From NCBI GenBank assembly GCA_963719495.1, contig CAVRCI010000002.1, positions 764,516 to 828,515 of the forward strand: 64,000 nucleotides of DNA. The letters run 5' to 3'. This DNA comes from an uncultured Verrucomicrobiae bacterium (GTDB lineage Bacteria; Verrucomicrobiota; Verrucomicrobiia; Chthoniobacterales; JAATET01). The position numbers and the translations under genes were made by a program. The notes beneath the pieces were generated by a model, which saw only the letters and a list, made by a program, of their open reading frames with translations, searched no databases and was not told where the DNA came from. Positions 29,398 through 38,062 of the stretch are shown here, piece after piece (positions within the stretch are counted from its first letter, which is position 1; every line of letters begins with the position of its first letter).

Positions 29398-29520
29398 GGC
29401 TCGGGGCAGACGCCATCGGCTCTGCGATGGTGCCCGAAGGGCGAGACGCTTGGGAAAGCGCGAGTCCACGCTCGGGGCAGACTGCATCGGCTCTGCGATG
29501 CAGCCCGAAGGGCGAGACGA
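29398..29520. repeat. Two tandem ~50-bp hairpin units
   Basis: GCTCGGGGCAGAC..CATCGGCTCTGCGATG..GCCCGAAGGGCGAGACG occurs twice with compensatory stem changes. Confidence 0.7.
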
Positions 29521-29647
29521 GCGGGAGCGAGCGAGTCAACACAGCACAACTTTCAAAATGGGTGATGGGTTTGAGCTTCGCTTGGGGTTGGGTCGGCGAT
29601 TGGAAATCGCCGCTCCTCGAGGGGGCGGCTCTCTCGCTTCGCTCGAT

Positions 29648-29704
29648 TTGCCGGGTGCCGCGGCGGGACGCCGCGGCTTGCACGCGGGGACGCGTGCGCT
29701 CCCC
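29648..29704. repeat. REP-like repeat family C
   Basis: GCGGCGGGACGCCGC..GCACGCGGGGACGCGTGCGCTCCCC; other copies at 32885-32941 and (reversed) 60792-60840. Confidence 0.75.
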
Positions 29705-29767
29705 AACTTCGGCGGCTGGAGCCGGAGCAAAGCGGAGACAGACGAAGTCAACCCGCCGCTCCTTGAA

Positions 29768-30442
29768 ATGAATTCGGATAAGATCATTCAGTTTGAAGCG
29801 CTTCGGGCGAAGCTGGCGGCGGATTTTCCGGCTCCTCCGGCGGAGAATGGCGGGCGGGTGCCGACTGGCGTTGCCGCGTTCGATGGTTCGGCGGGTGGGT
29901 TGCGCCGGGGGGCGGTGAGCGAGTTTGCGGGGTCGCTGGGTTCGGGGTCGCTGTTCTTGGAGGTGTTCTTCGCGGCGGCGCGGGCGGCTCGGTGTCCGGT
30001 TGGTCTCGTGGATGGTGGGTGTTCGTTCGAGCCGGGGGATTGGGATCCGGTTCTTTTGCGGCGGGTGCTGTGGGTGATGGCGGCGGAGGGGCGTCAGGCT
30101 CTCAAGGCGGCGGATCTGCTGCTGCGGGACGGGAATTTGCCGATGGTGGCGCTGGATTTGCAGGGGCTGCCGGAGGCGGAGGTGCGGCGGATCCCGGCGA
30201 GCACGTGGCACCGGTATCAGCGGGTGGCGGAGGGGACGGAGACGGTGTTCGTGGTGGTGACGCGGCGTCCGCTGGTCGAGGGGGCGCGGGTGCGGATGGT
30301 CGCGGGATCGCGCTGGGGCCTGGAGGCGATGCGGCTGCTTCGGAGCGAGCTGGTGGCGCGGATGGAGGTGCGGGTGACAGAGCGGGTCGTGGCGGGGCCG
30401 GTGGAGGCAGTGGAATCGGGCGAAAGGCGGTGGTCGGCGTGA
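29768..30442 (+). CDS. imuA: ImuA-like (RecA-fold) protein
   Basis: VPTGVAAFD...GGLRRGAVSE, LVDGGCSFEP, ADLLLRDGNLPMVALDL; located between lexA and imuB. Confidence 0.8.
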   Translation: MNSDKIIQFEALRAKLAADFPAPPAENGGRVPTGVAAFDGSAGGLRRGAVSEFAGSLGSGSLFLEVFFAAARAARCPVGLVDGGCSFEPGDWDPVLLRRVLWVMAAEGRQALKAADLLLRDGNLPMVALDLQGLPEAEVRRIPASTWHRYQRVAEGTETVFVVVTRRPLVEGARVRMVAGSRWGLEAMRLLRSELVARMEVRVTERVVAGPVEAVESGERRWSA

Positions 30443-30451
30443 GGGGGGGGA

Positions 30452-30548
30452 TATTTATGATTTATGATTTACGATTGATGATTTTGGGAGAAGTCCCGGT
30501 GATATCGGGTCAAGCTTCTCTCAACTTTCGACTCGCAACTTTTAACTT
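30452..30548. repeat. Heptamer tandem arrays, left flank of the TA module
   Basis: ATTTATG ATTTATG ATTTACG ATTGATG, then AACTTTC GACTCGC AACTTTT. Confidence 0.7.
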
Positions 30549-30549
30549 C

Positions 30550-30996
30550 TCACTCAGGCAGCTCCAGGCCTTCGGCCTTGGCGAGGGTTCGTTGGTTTTC
30601 GTCGAAGGTGAGGAAGACGCCGGCTTCGAGCTGGAGGGCGGTGGCGACGTGGAGGATGTCGAAGGCGCGGTGGCCGCCGACGAGGGTGTGCGTGGCGGAG
30701 AGGCGTTTGGCCTCGGCGAGGACGGCGGGGAGGCTGACGGCGGCGATGGCGATGCGCTCACCTACGATATCGACTTCGAGATCGTGGATGATGCGATGAG
30801 CCTCTTCGACGGTCTGAAAGCCGCGGCAGGCTGCGAACCTCATGGCGTTGGTGAATTCGTAGAGAATCAGCTCCGAGACTCGGATGCGTCGAGCGTAGGA
30901 CGCGGCGATGGTGCGGGCGCGCTCGGAGTGGACTTCTGTTTTGTAGAGGGAGACGAGGAAGCTGGTGTCGCAGCAGACCGGGCGAAAGGCTACCAC
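30550..30996 (-). CDS. vapC: VapC-family PIN toxin
   Basis: CDTSFLVSLY, YEFTNA, RAFDILHVATAL, FLTFDENQ. Confidence 0.88.
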   Translation of the reverse strand: MVAFRPVCCDTSFLVSLYKTEVHSERARTIAASYARRIRVSELILYEFTNAMRFAACRGFQTVEEAHRIIHDLEVDIVGERIAIAAVSLPAVLAEAKRLSATHTLVGGHRAFDILHVATALQLEAGVFLTFDENQRTLAKAEGLELPE

Positions 30997-31241
30997 TTGC
31001 CGCTGGCCTCTTCGCGGATGATGCGGGATTCCTCCTCGGTGAGCATGCGCTCGTTGGTGCGATCGCGGGTGAAGGCGGCGCTCTTCGACCAGTCGACGAA
31101 ATCGTCGGCGCGGTCGTTCTCCGGCACGAGGCGGGCGATGTTTTTGCCCCGGCGGGTGATGATGATTTCTTCGCCGGCTTCGATCCACTTGAGGAGGTCG
31201 GCGTAATGATTGCGAAGGTCGCGGACGGTGGCGGTGCGCAT
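30990..31241 (-). CDS. Phd/YefM-family antitoxin
   Basis: MRTATVRDLRNHYADLLKWIEAGEEIIITRRGKNIARLVP. Confidence 0.92.
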   Translation of the reverse strand: MRTATVRDLRNHYADLLKWIEAGEEIIITRRGKNIARLVPENDRADDFVDWSKSAAFTRDRTNERMLTEEESRIIREEASGKW

Positions 31242-31244
31242 GGT

Positions 31245-31259
31245 GCTACAAAGTGTAGC
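31245..31259. promoter_or_regulatory. Palindromic operator of the phd-vapC operon
   Basis: GCTACA-AAG-TGTAGC immediately upstream of the antitoxin ATG. Confidence 0.6.
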
Positions 31260-31296
31260 GAAATCGGGGGCGGGTCAATGGGGGGAATGAAGGGGA

Positions 31297-31375
31297 TTGC
31301 GGATTTCGGATTGCGGATTGCGGATTGGTTGGGTGGGGCGGCCTCTTTCGACTTGGGACTTTCGACTTTCGACTC
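31297..31375. repeat. Heptamer tandem arrays, right flank of the TA module
   Basis: TTGCGGA TTTCGGA TTGCGGA TTGCGGA, then TTCGACT TGGGACT TTCGACT TTCGACT. Confidence 0.7.
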
Positions 31376-31390
31376 TTCACCTCTCCCGCC

Positions 31391-32965
31391 ATGCACGCGG
31401 TGATTTTGCTGCCGAAGTTCCGCCTGCAGGCCGTGCTGCGGTGGCGGGAGGCGGGTGGGCCGGTGGCGGTGGTCGACGGGGACGCGACCCGGGGGGTGGT
31501 GCTCGACGCCACGGATGCGGCAGTGGCGTTTGGTGTGGGGCCGGGGGTGCCGGTGGCTCAGGCGATGGCGCGGTGCGAATCATTGCGGGTGCTGGCCCGG
31601 GTGCCGGCGCAGGAGCGGGCCTGCAATGGGGCGTTGATCGAGGCGGCGCTGGCGTTTTCGCCGAAGGTGGAGTGGACGGCTGACGGGGTGGCGACGGTGG
31701 ATCTGTGGAACGCGTCGCGGGCGGTGTGCTGGCAGCAACAGGCGGAGCGGATGATCGGGCGGCTGGCGGCGGTGGAACTCCGGGGTCGGGTCGGGGTGGC
31801 GAAGAATCCGGATCACGCGATGCTGGCGGCGCGGTGCGCGAGTCACGGGGAGCCGGTGTGCGTGGTGCGGGACGCGGGGGAATTTTTTGCGCGGCTGCCG
31901 ATGAGCGCGCTGGTGCCGGGGGGCGAGGTGGCGGAGGTGCTGGCGGATTGGGGGGTGCGGACGGTCGGGGAGTTCGCGAAACTGCCGAAGACTCAGGTGA
32001 TCGAGCGGTTGGGGCCGGAGGCGGGGTTGATGTGGCAGCGGATCGCGGGGCGGAGCAAGCGGGTGCTGCGGCTGGTGACGCCGCCGGAGGAATACATGGA
32101 GGCGTTCGAATTCGAGATGCCGGTGGAGACGACGGAGCCGCTGCTGTTTCTGCTGCGGCGGTTCGTGGATTCACTGGGGTCGCGGCTGCGGGAGGCGGGG
32201 CGCGTGGCGGGGCGGATGACGCTCACGCTGCCGGTGGACGGGGGTGAGGAGGTGCGGCGGGTCTTTGCCGTGCCGGCTCCGACGACGGACGCGGAGGTGC
32301 TTTTCCGCATCCTCGACACGTATTTGGAGACGTTGCGGCTGGAGGGGCAGCCGAAGGGGGTGAGGCTGGAGATCGGGGCGGAGCGGCCGATGAACTGTCA
32401 GCTGCAGTTGTTCGGTCAGGGTCTGCGGGACCCGAATCGGTTCGGCGAGACGCTGGCGCGCTTGCAGGCGGTGGTCGGGGAGGGGTGCGTGGGCGTGCCG
32501 CGGGCGGCGGATTCGCACCGACCGGGGGCCTACGAATTGGTGGGGACGGAAACTCTCGATCTCGACGAGGAGAGCGACGCGGTGGTGAGTGAATCGCCGG
32601 TCGGGTTGCCGCTGCGGCGGGCGCGGGGCGGCGGGGTGGAGATCCGGCGGGAGGACGTGGTGCGGGCGGTGGGGCCTTACCGGACGTCGGGGGATTGGTG
32701 GGACGTGGGGTGGGAGGTCGAGGAGTGGGACGTGGAATTGCGGAGCGGCGAGGTCGTGCGCGTGGCGCGGCGCGGGGAAGCGTGGGTGGTGGAGGGGGGG
32801 TATGAGGGTCGGAAGGTCGCAGGTCAGGAAGGTCAGAAGGTCCAAAGTGGGGAATTCGGTGGGAGCGATTCGGCTCGCTTCGCATTGCCGGGTGCTGCGG
32901 CGGGACGCCGCAGCTCGCACGCGGGGACGCGTGCGCTCCCCATGCAAAAAGGAGGTGCGGCTTGA
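31391..32965 (+). CDS. imuB: ImuB (catalytically inactive Y-family polymerase)
   Basis: GVGPGVPVAQA, AFSPKVE, WGVRTVGEF, beta-clamp motif QLQLF, C-terminal GPYRTSGDWW. Confidence 0.88.
   Translation: MHAVILLPKFRLQAVLRWREAGGPVAVVDGDATRGVVLDATDAAVAFGVGPGVPVAQAMARCESLRVLARVPAQERACNGALIEAALAFSPKVEWTADGVATVDLWNASRAVCWQQQAERMIGRLAAVELRGRVGVAKNPDHAMLAARCASHGEPVCVVRDAGEFFARLPMSALVPGGEVAEVLADWGVRTVGEFAKLPKTQVIERLGPEAGLMWQRIAGRSKRVLRLVTPPEEYMEAFEFEMPVETTEPLLFLLRRFVDSLGSRLREAGRVAGRMTLTLPVDGGEEVRRVFAVPAPTTDAEVLFRILDTYLETLRLEGQPKGVRLEIGAERPMNCQLQLFGQGLRDPNRFGETLARLQAVVGEGCVGVPRAADSHRPGAYELVGTETLDLDEESDAVVSESPVGLPLRRARGGGVEIRREDVVRAVGPYRTSGDWWDVGWEVEEWDVELRSGEVVRVARRGEAWVVEGGYEGRKVAGQEGQKVQSGEFGGSDSARFALPGAAAGRRSSHAGTRALPMQKGGAA
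32885..32941. repeat. REP-like repeat family C inside the 3' end of imuB
   Basis: Near-identical to 29648-29704. Confidence 0.75.
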
Positions 32966-35900
32966 GTGATTACGTGGAGTTGCACGCGCGGAGTGCGTTT
33001 TCGTTTCTTCGCGGGGCCTCCCAACCGGAGGACCTGGTTTTGGCGGCGGCGGCGCTGGGACTGGCTCGGCTGGCGGTTTGTGATCGGGATGGGGTTTACG
33101 GGTCGGCCCGGGTGAACGCGGCGGCGAAGGAGGTGGGGGTGCGGCCCATCGTGGGGGCGGAGCTGACGCTCGAGGATGGGGGGATTCTGCCGGTGCTGGT
33201 GAAAGATCGGACGGGGTATCAAAATCTGTGCCGCTTGATCACGCGGGCGAAATTGCGGGGGACGAAGACGGAGTGCGCGGTGCGGTGGGACGAGGTGGGT
33301 GGGGAATCGACCGAGGGGCTGATGGCCTTGGTGGGGGGGCGGGCGGACGCGGTAAGGTTGGACCGGGTGGTGGGGGCTTTTGGGCGGGACGACGTCGTGG
33401 TGGAGGTGCGGCGGCACTTTTTGCGGGGGGAGGAGCGGCGGAACGAATTGATGGTCGAATTGGCGGCGAGTCGGCGGGTGCCGGTGGTGGCGACCAATGG
33501 CGTGCTCTACGCGACGCCGGAGCGGCGGCGGGTGCTGGACGTTTTTACCTGCATCCGGCACCACACGCACCTCGACCGGGCGGGGCGGCTGCTCAGCGCG
33601 AACGCCGAGCGGCACCTCAAGCCGGGGCGGGCGATGGAGCGGCTCTTCAAGGACCTGCCGGAGGCGATCACGAACACGGCGCGGATCGCGGAGCGGTGCG
33701 AATTTTCGTTGGAGAATCTGGGTTATGAATTTCCGACGCTGGACGTGCCGGAGGGGCAGACGATGGCTTCGTGGTTGCGGGTGCAGGCTTACGAGGGGGC
33801 GCGGCGGCGGTATGGGACGATCTCGGAGGCGGTGCGGCGGCAGCTCGAGCGGGAGCTCGAGCTGATCATCGAGCTGGGGTTCTCCGGCTATTTTCTCATC
33901 GTTTGGGATCTGGTGAATTTCTGCCGGGACGAGAACATTCTCGTGCAGGGGCGCGGGAGCGCGGCGAACAGCGTGGTCTGCTATTGCCTGGGGATCACGG
34001 CGTGCGATCCGATTCATCACAAATTGCTCTTCGAGCGTTTTCTCAGCGAAAGCCGGAAGTCGTGGCCGGATATCGACCTGGATCTGCCGAGCGGCGACCG
34101 GCGGGAGCGGGTGATCCAGGAGGTGTATCGGCGCTACGGGAAACAGGGGGCGGCGATGACGGCGAACGTGATCACCTACCGGGGCCGGAGCGCGATGCGG
34201 GAGATCGGGAAGGCGCTGAACTTCCCGCCGGAAATCCTCGACCGGTTCTCGCGGCTGCACGCGGCGGGTGACTTCCCGCACACGCTGGAATTGCGCGAGC
34301 AATTGGCGCAGGCGGGGTTGCCGGTGAGTCACGCGCGGTCGGAGGCGGCCATCGATCTTTATCAGCAGATGCGCGGGTTGCCGCGGCATTTGGGTCAGCA
34401 CTCGGGCGGGATGATCATTTGCCGGGGGGCGCTCAGCTCGGTCGTGCCGCTGGAGAACGCGTCGATGCCGGGGCGGGTGGTGGCGCAGTGGGACAAGGAC
34501 GATTGCGAGGATCTCGGCATCGTGAAGGTCGATTTGTTGGGGCTGGGGATGATGGCGGTGATGCAGGATTCGCTGGAAATGTGCCGGGAGCGGCGCGGCG
34601 ACGTGGCGGACATGGCGGCGATCCCGGCGGACGACGCGGCGACCTACGATCTGATGTGCGCGGCGGACACGGTGGGCACGTTTCAAGTCGAGAGCCGGGC
34701 GCAGATGGCGACGCTGCCGAAGCTGAAGCCGCGATGTTTTTACGACGTGGTGATCCAGGTGGCGGTCATTCGGCCGGGTCCGATTCAGGGTGGAATGCTC
34801 CACCCGCTCTTTGCGCGGCGGGACGGCGAGCCGTTCGAACACATTCACCCGCTGCTCGCGGACACGCTCGAGCGCACCTACGGCGTTCCGTTGTTTCAGG
34901 AGCAATTGCTCAAGATGGCGATGGTGATGGCGGACTTCACGGGCGGCGAGGCGGAGGAACTGCGGCGGGCGTTGAGCTTTCATCGTTCGCACGATAAAAT
35001 GGACAAGGTCTGCGTGAAGCTGCGGGACGCGATGGCGGCGAAGGGGATCGCGGATTCGGTGGCGGAGGAGATCGTGCGGTCGGTGCAGTCGTTCGCGGTG
35101 TATGGGTTTCCCGAGAGCCACGCGATCAGTTTTGCGCTCATCGCCTACGCGAGCTGCTGGTTGAAAACGCACCGGGGGCCGGAATTTTTCTGCGCGCTGT
35201 TGAACAATCAGCCGATGGGTTTCTACTCGGCGGCGACGCTCGTGCAGGACGCAAAGATGCGGGGCGTGAAGATGCGGCCGGTGTCGGTGCTGACGTCCGG
35301 ATGGCGCTGCACGGTGGACGCGGACGATTCCGTGCGGCTGGGGTTGTGCGTGGTGAAGGGAATCAGCGAGGCGGAGGGCGGACGGATCGTGGCTGAGCGG
35401 GGGGTGCGGGCGTTCGCGAGCGTGACGGATTTCAAGGCGCGGACGGGGCTGCCGAAGGACGTGCTGCGGAATCTCGCGCGGATCGGAGCGCTCAACGGGC
35501 TGGCGGAGCACCGCCGCGATGGGATGTGGCAGGTGGAGGGGCCGGTGCTGGTCGGGGATTTGTTCGCGGAAGCGGAGGGTGTCGGCACGGACGACGGGGA
35601 CGGCGGGGACGGCGCTCATAGAGCGCCGCTACAGCGGATGACGGCCGGGGAGCGGCTGGGGGCGGATTTTGCCGGGACGGGGATGACGACCGGCGCGCAT
35701 CCGATGGCGCTGGTGCGCGGGGAGTTTCCCGACATCTGGCGGGCGGGGGATCTCGTGGAGGCGCGGCACGACGAGGACGTGTGGATCGGGGGGCTGGTGA
35801 TTTGTCGTCAGCGCCCAGGGACGGCGAAGGGCTACGTTTTTATCAGCGTCGAGGACGAGACGGGCGTCGCGAACGCGATCGTCGAGCCGGAGTTGTTCGA

Positions 35901-36057
35901 GGCGCGGCGGCTGTGCGTGACGCAGGAGCGGTTCCTGCGGATTCGCGGCGCGGTGCAGCGATCGAAGGAGGGCGTGATCCTGGTGCGGGCGCGGGTGATC
36001 GAGGGGATGCCCTACGGCGCGGCGCTGGCGGCACCGGACTCGTATGATTTCCACTGA
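32962..36057 (+). CDS. dnaE2: Error-prone DNA polymerase DnaE2
   Basis: YVELHARSAFSFLRGAS, QGRGSAANS, PDIDLD, YGFPESHA, RQRPGTAKG and C-terminal SYDFH. Confidence 0.96.
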   Translation: MSDYVELHARSAFSFLRGASQPEDLVLAAAALGLARLAVCDRDGVYGSARVNAAAKEVGVRPIVGAELTLEDGGILPVLVKDRTGYQNLCRLITRAKLRGTKTECAVRWDEVGGESTEGLMALVGGRADAVRLDRVVGAFGRDDVVVEVRRHFLRGEERRNELMVELAASRRVPVVATNGVLYATPERRRVLDVFTCIRHHTHLDRAGRLLSANAERHLKPGRAMERLFKDLPEAITNTARIAERCEFSLENLGYEFPTLDVPEGQTMASWLRVQAYEGARRRYGTISEAVRRQLERELELIIELGFSGYFLIVWDLVNFCRDENILVQGRGSAANSVVCYCLGITACDPIHHKLLFERFLSESRKSWPDIDLDLPSGDRRERVIQEVYRRYGKQGAAMTANVITYRGRSAMREIGKALNFPPEILDRFSRLHAAGDFPHTLELREQLAQAGLPVSHARSEAAIDLYQQMRGLPRHLGQHSGGMIICRGALSSVVPLENASMPGRVVAQWDKDDCEDLGIVKVDLLGLGMMAVMQDSLEMCRERRGDVADMAAIPADDAATYDLMCAADTVGTFQVESRAQMATLPKLKPRCFYDVVIQVAVIRPGPIQGGMLHPLFARRDGEPFEHIHPLLADTLERTYGVPLFQEQLLKMAMVMADFTGGEAEELRRALSFHRSHDKMDKVCVKLRDAMAAKGIADSVAEEIVRSVQSFAVYGFPESHAISFALIAYASCWLKTHRGPEFFCALLNNQPMGFYSAATLVQDAKMRGVKMRPVSVLTSGWRCTVDADDSVRLGLCVVKGISEAEGGRIVAERGVRAFASVTDFKARTGLPKDVLRNLARIGALNGLAEHRRDGMWQVEGPVLVGDLFAEAEGVGTDDGDGGDGAHRAPLQRMTAGERLGADFAGTGMTTGAHPMALVRGEFPDIWRAGDLVEARHDEDVWIGGLVICRQRPGTAKGYVFISVEDETGVANAIVEPELFEARRLCVTQERFLRIRGAVQRSKEGVILVRARVIEGMPYGAALAAPDSYDFH

Positions 36058-36133
36058 GATGGGATCCGCCCCGACGTGATTATTTAGTTGCGAATCTCGG
36101 CGTCTCGTCGAATCTCGCGGAACGTTGTCCCCG

Positions 36134-38062
36134 ATGAAAACGCTCCTGATCCTCGGCGGTATCGGCGCAATGGCCGGTGGATTCTGGCTGGGGCGTGCGA
36201 GCGGCGGGTTCGGTGAATCGGTTTCCGCCGGAGCCATCGTCGAGCGAACCGCGAGCGCGCCTCCGGCCCCCGCCGTCATTGCTCCGCCGCCGGAAGCCAC
36301 GGCTGATTCACCGACGCCGACCGCGTTCATCGACGACCTGATCGCGGACCGGTCGGAGGTGTTGGTCGAGCGTCTGCGGGCGTTGGCGATCGATCGGTCG
36401 GTGCCGCCGCTGATCGCCGAGATCCAGCGAAACGCGCTCGTAGAACGTCTGGTGGCGCTCGGGGCGGGTGGACGGGTGCTCGAGCTGACCGAGCTCTCGG
36501 GCAAGACTCGTGACTCGGCTCTGACGACGCTCACGCGGGCCATTGCGGCGACCGATCCGTCCGCGGCCGAGGCGCTGGTCGGGCGTCAGGCATCCGCCCG
36601 GGATCGCCGGATCGCGATGGGAGCGCTTCTGAGTGAACTCGGCGAGCGCAACCCGGCGCGGGGTCGGCGAATCATCGCCGAAAATCCGGAAGCGCGGGAG
36701 AGTGCCGGGGCTCTGTTTGCGGGATGGGCCAGGGTGGATCCAGCGGCGGCGGCCGCGGCGGCGCTCGCCGAAGAACCGAGGTCGGAGCGGGCGATCTGGG
36801 GGGTGACGTCGGCCTGGGCCGCGGAGGACCCCGACGCGGCGTGGGAATGGGTCGAGTCTTTGTCGCCGGAAGACCGCTTCCGCTCGAGGGAAGTCTACCT
36901 TTCCGCGCTGATCGCCGAAGATCCGGCGCTGGGCCTCGAGGCCCTGGCCACGAAACGGGCGCTCAGCGACAGCTACATGGCGCAGTGGGTCGGCATGGCG
37001 ATCGCCGACGACGTCGCCGAGGCGGACGCCGCGGTGGACCGACTGCCGCCGGGACGGGGCCGGACCGGATTGATCGGCGGACTCGCGCATTCGCTCTCGA
37101 GTGATCCGGAGGCGGTATTGGCCTGGGCGGACTCGCTGCTGCCGGGCGAGAGCGAGGCGGTCGTGGACGGCCTCTTCCGGGGTCTGGTGAGACTGGACCC
37201 GGCGGCGGCGTTGAATTTGGCCGTGGACAAAATCGATGGCGCGCCGCGGCGGACGGCGCTCCGGACGGTGGCTTCGGCCTGGGCGCAGAATGATTTCGAG
37301 GCCGCGTTCGCCGGTCTGACGAGTCGACTCGACGGCGACCTTTTGCGCGAGACGCTGCCCGGGATTTTCGAATACGGATTCGCGTCGGACGAGGCCTCGC
37401 TCACGAAGCGATTCGATCTGGTCGACCGGCTCGAGCCGGCCACCCGCAAGACCGTGATGACGGCGATGGGTGGGAGTATCGGGATGGACCCGACGGACGG
37501 GTTGTTGGACCGAGTCGAGCGGATGAGCCGTGAGGATCGCGAGGCCTTCGCGGAAGGTTCGATGGACCGATGGTTCGACCGGGATCCATCTCAAGTGTCG
37601 CGGCTCGTCGGGATGCTTGGCCCGGAGACGCAGGCGCGCCACGCCCGGAGCATCGCCGGAGCGCTGCCGCGTCAGGATCTGGGCGTGACCGCGGATTACC
37701 TTCGGCGGCTGCCGGACGTTGGGGACGGCGGGTCGAAACGCTCGGCGATCGAATACGTCGTGGGCGACTGGACGTCCGTCGACCCGGGCGCGGCGGCGGG
37801 CTTCGTCGCTTCGCTGCCGGCGGGCGAGACGAAGGACGCCGCGGCTCGATCGGTGGTGCGGCAGCTGTCGACGTTCGACCTCGACCGGGCGACGCGGGTG
37901 GCGGCGAACACGACGACGCCAAAGATCCGCGCCGAACTGATCGGAGAGCTGGCGGAGCGGTGGCGGGAAGTGGACCCGAATCGTGGTCGGTCGGTATTGG
38001 GACACTTGGTCAGAACCGTCGAGGAGCGTGAGCGGGCGGCCGCGTTGCTGAATCCGAAATGA
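36134..38062 (+). CDS. Membrane-anchored helical-repeat protein of unknown function
   Basis: N-terminal hydrophobic segment and repeated W..DP.AA..W units. Confidence 0.75.
   Translation: MKTLLILGGIGAMAGGFWLGRASGGFGESVSAGAIVERTASAPPAPAVIAPPPEATADSPTPTAFIDDLIADRSEVLVERLRALAIDRSVPPLIAEIQRNALVERLVALGAGGRVLELTELSGKTRDSALTTLTRAIAATDPSAAEALVGRQASARDRRIAMGALLSELGERNPARGRRIIAENPEARESAGALFAGWARVDPAAAAAAALAEEPRSERAIWGVTSAWAAEDPDAAWEWVESLSPEDRFRSREVYLSALIAEDPALGLEALATKRALSDSYMAQWVGMAIADDVAEADAAVDRLPPGRGRTGLIGGLAHSLSSDPEAVLAWADSLLPGESEAVVDGLFRGLVRLDPAAALNLAVDKIDGAPRRTALRTVASAWAQNDFEAAFAGLTSRLDGDLLRETLPGIFEYGFASDEASLTKRFDLVDRLEPATRKTVMTAMGGSIGMDPTDGLLDRVERMSREDREAFAEGSMDRWFDRDPSQVSRLVGMLGPETQARHARSIAGALPRQDLGVTADYLRRLPDVGDGGSKRSAIEYVVGDWTSVDPGAAAGFVASLPAGETKDAAARSVVRQLSTFDLDRATRVAANTTTPKIRAELIGELAERWREVDPNRGRSVLGHLVRTVEERERAAALLNPK

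Noticed and set aside
29398..29520. Possible CRISPR array
   Set aside because: Only two ~50-bp units with one short spacer and no cas genes; better explained as REP-like repeats.
32833..35619. Long antisense ORFs (928 aa here; also 6203-8569, 37696-39957, 45062-47281 and others)
   Set aside because: Shadow frames of high-GC genes, with Arg/Pro-rich nonsense composition.
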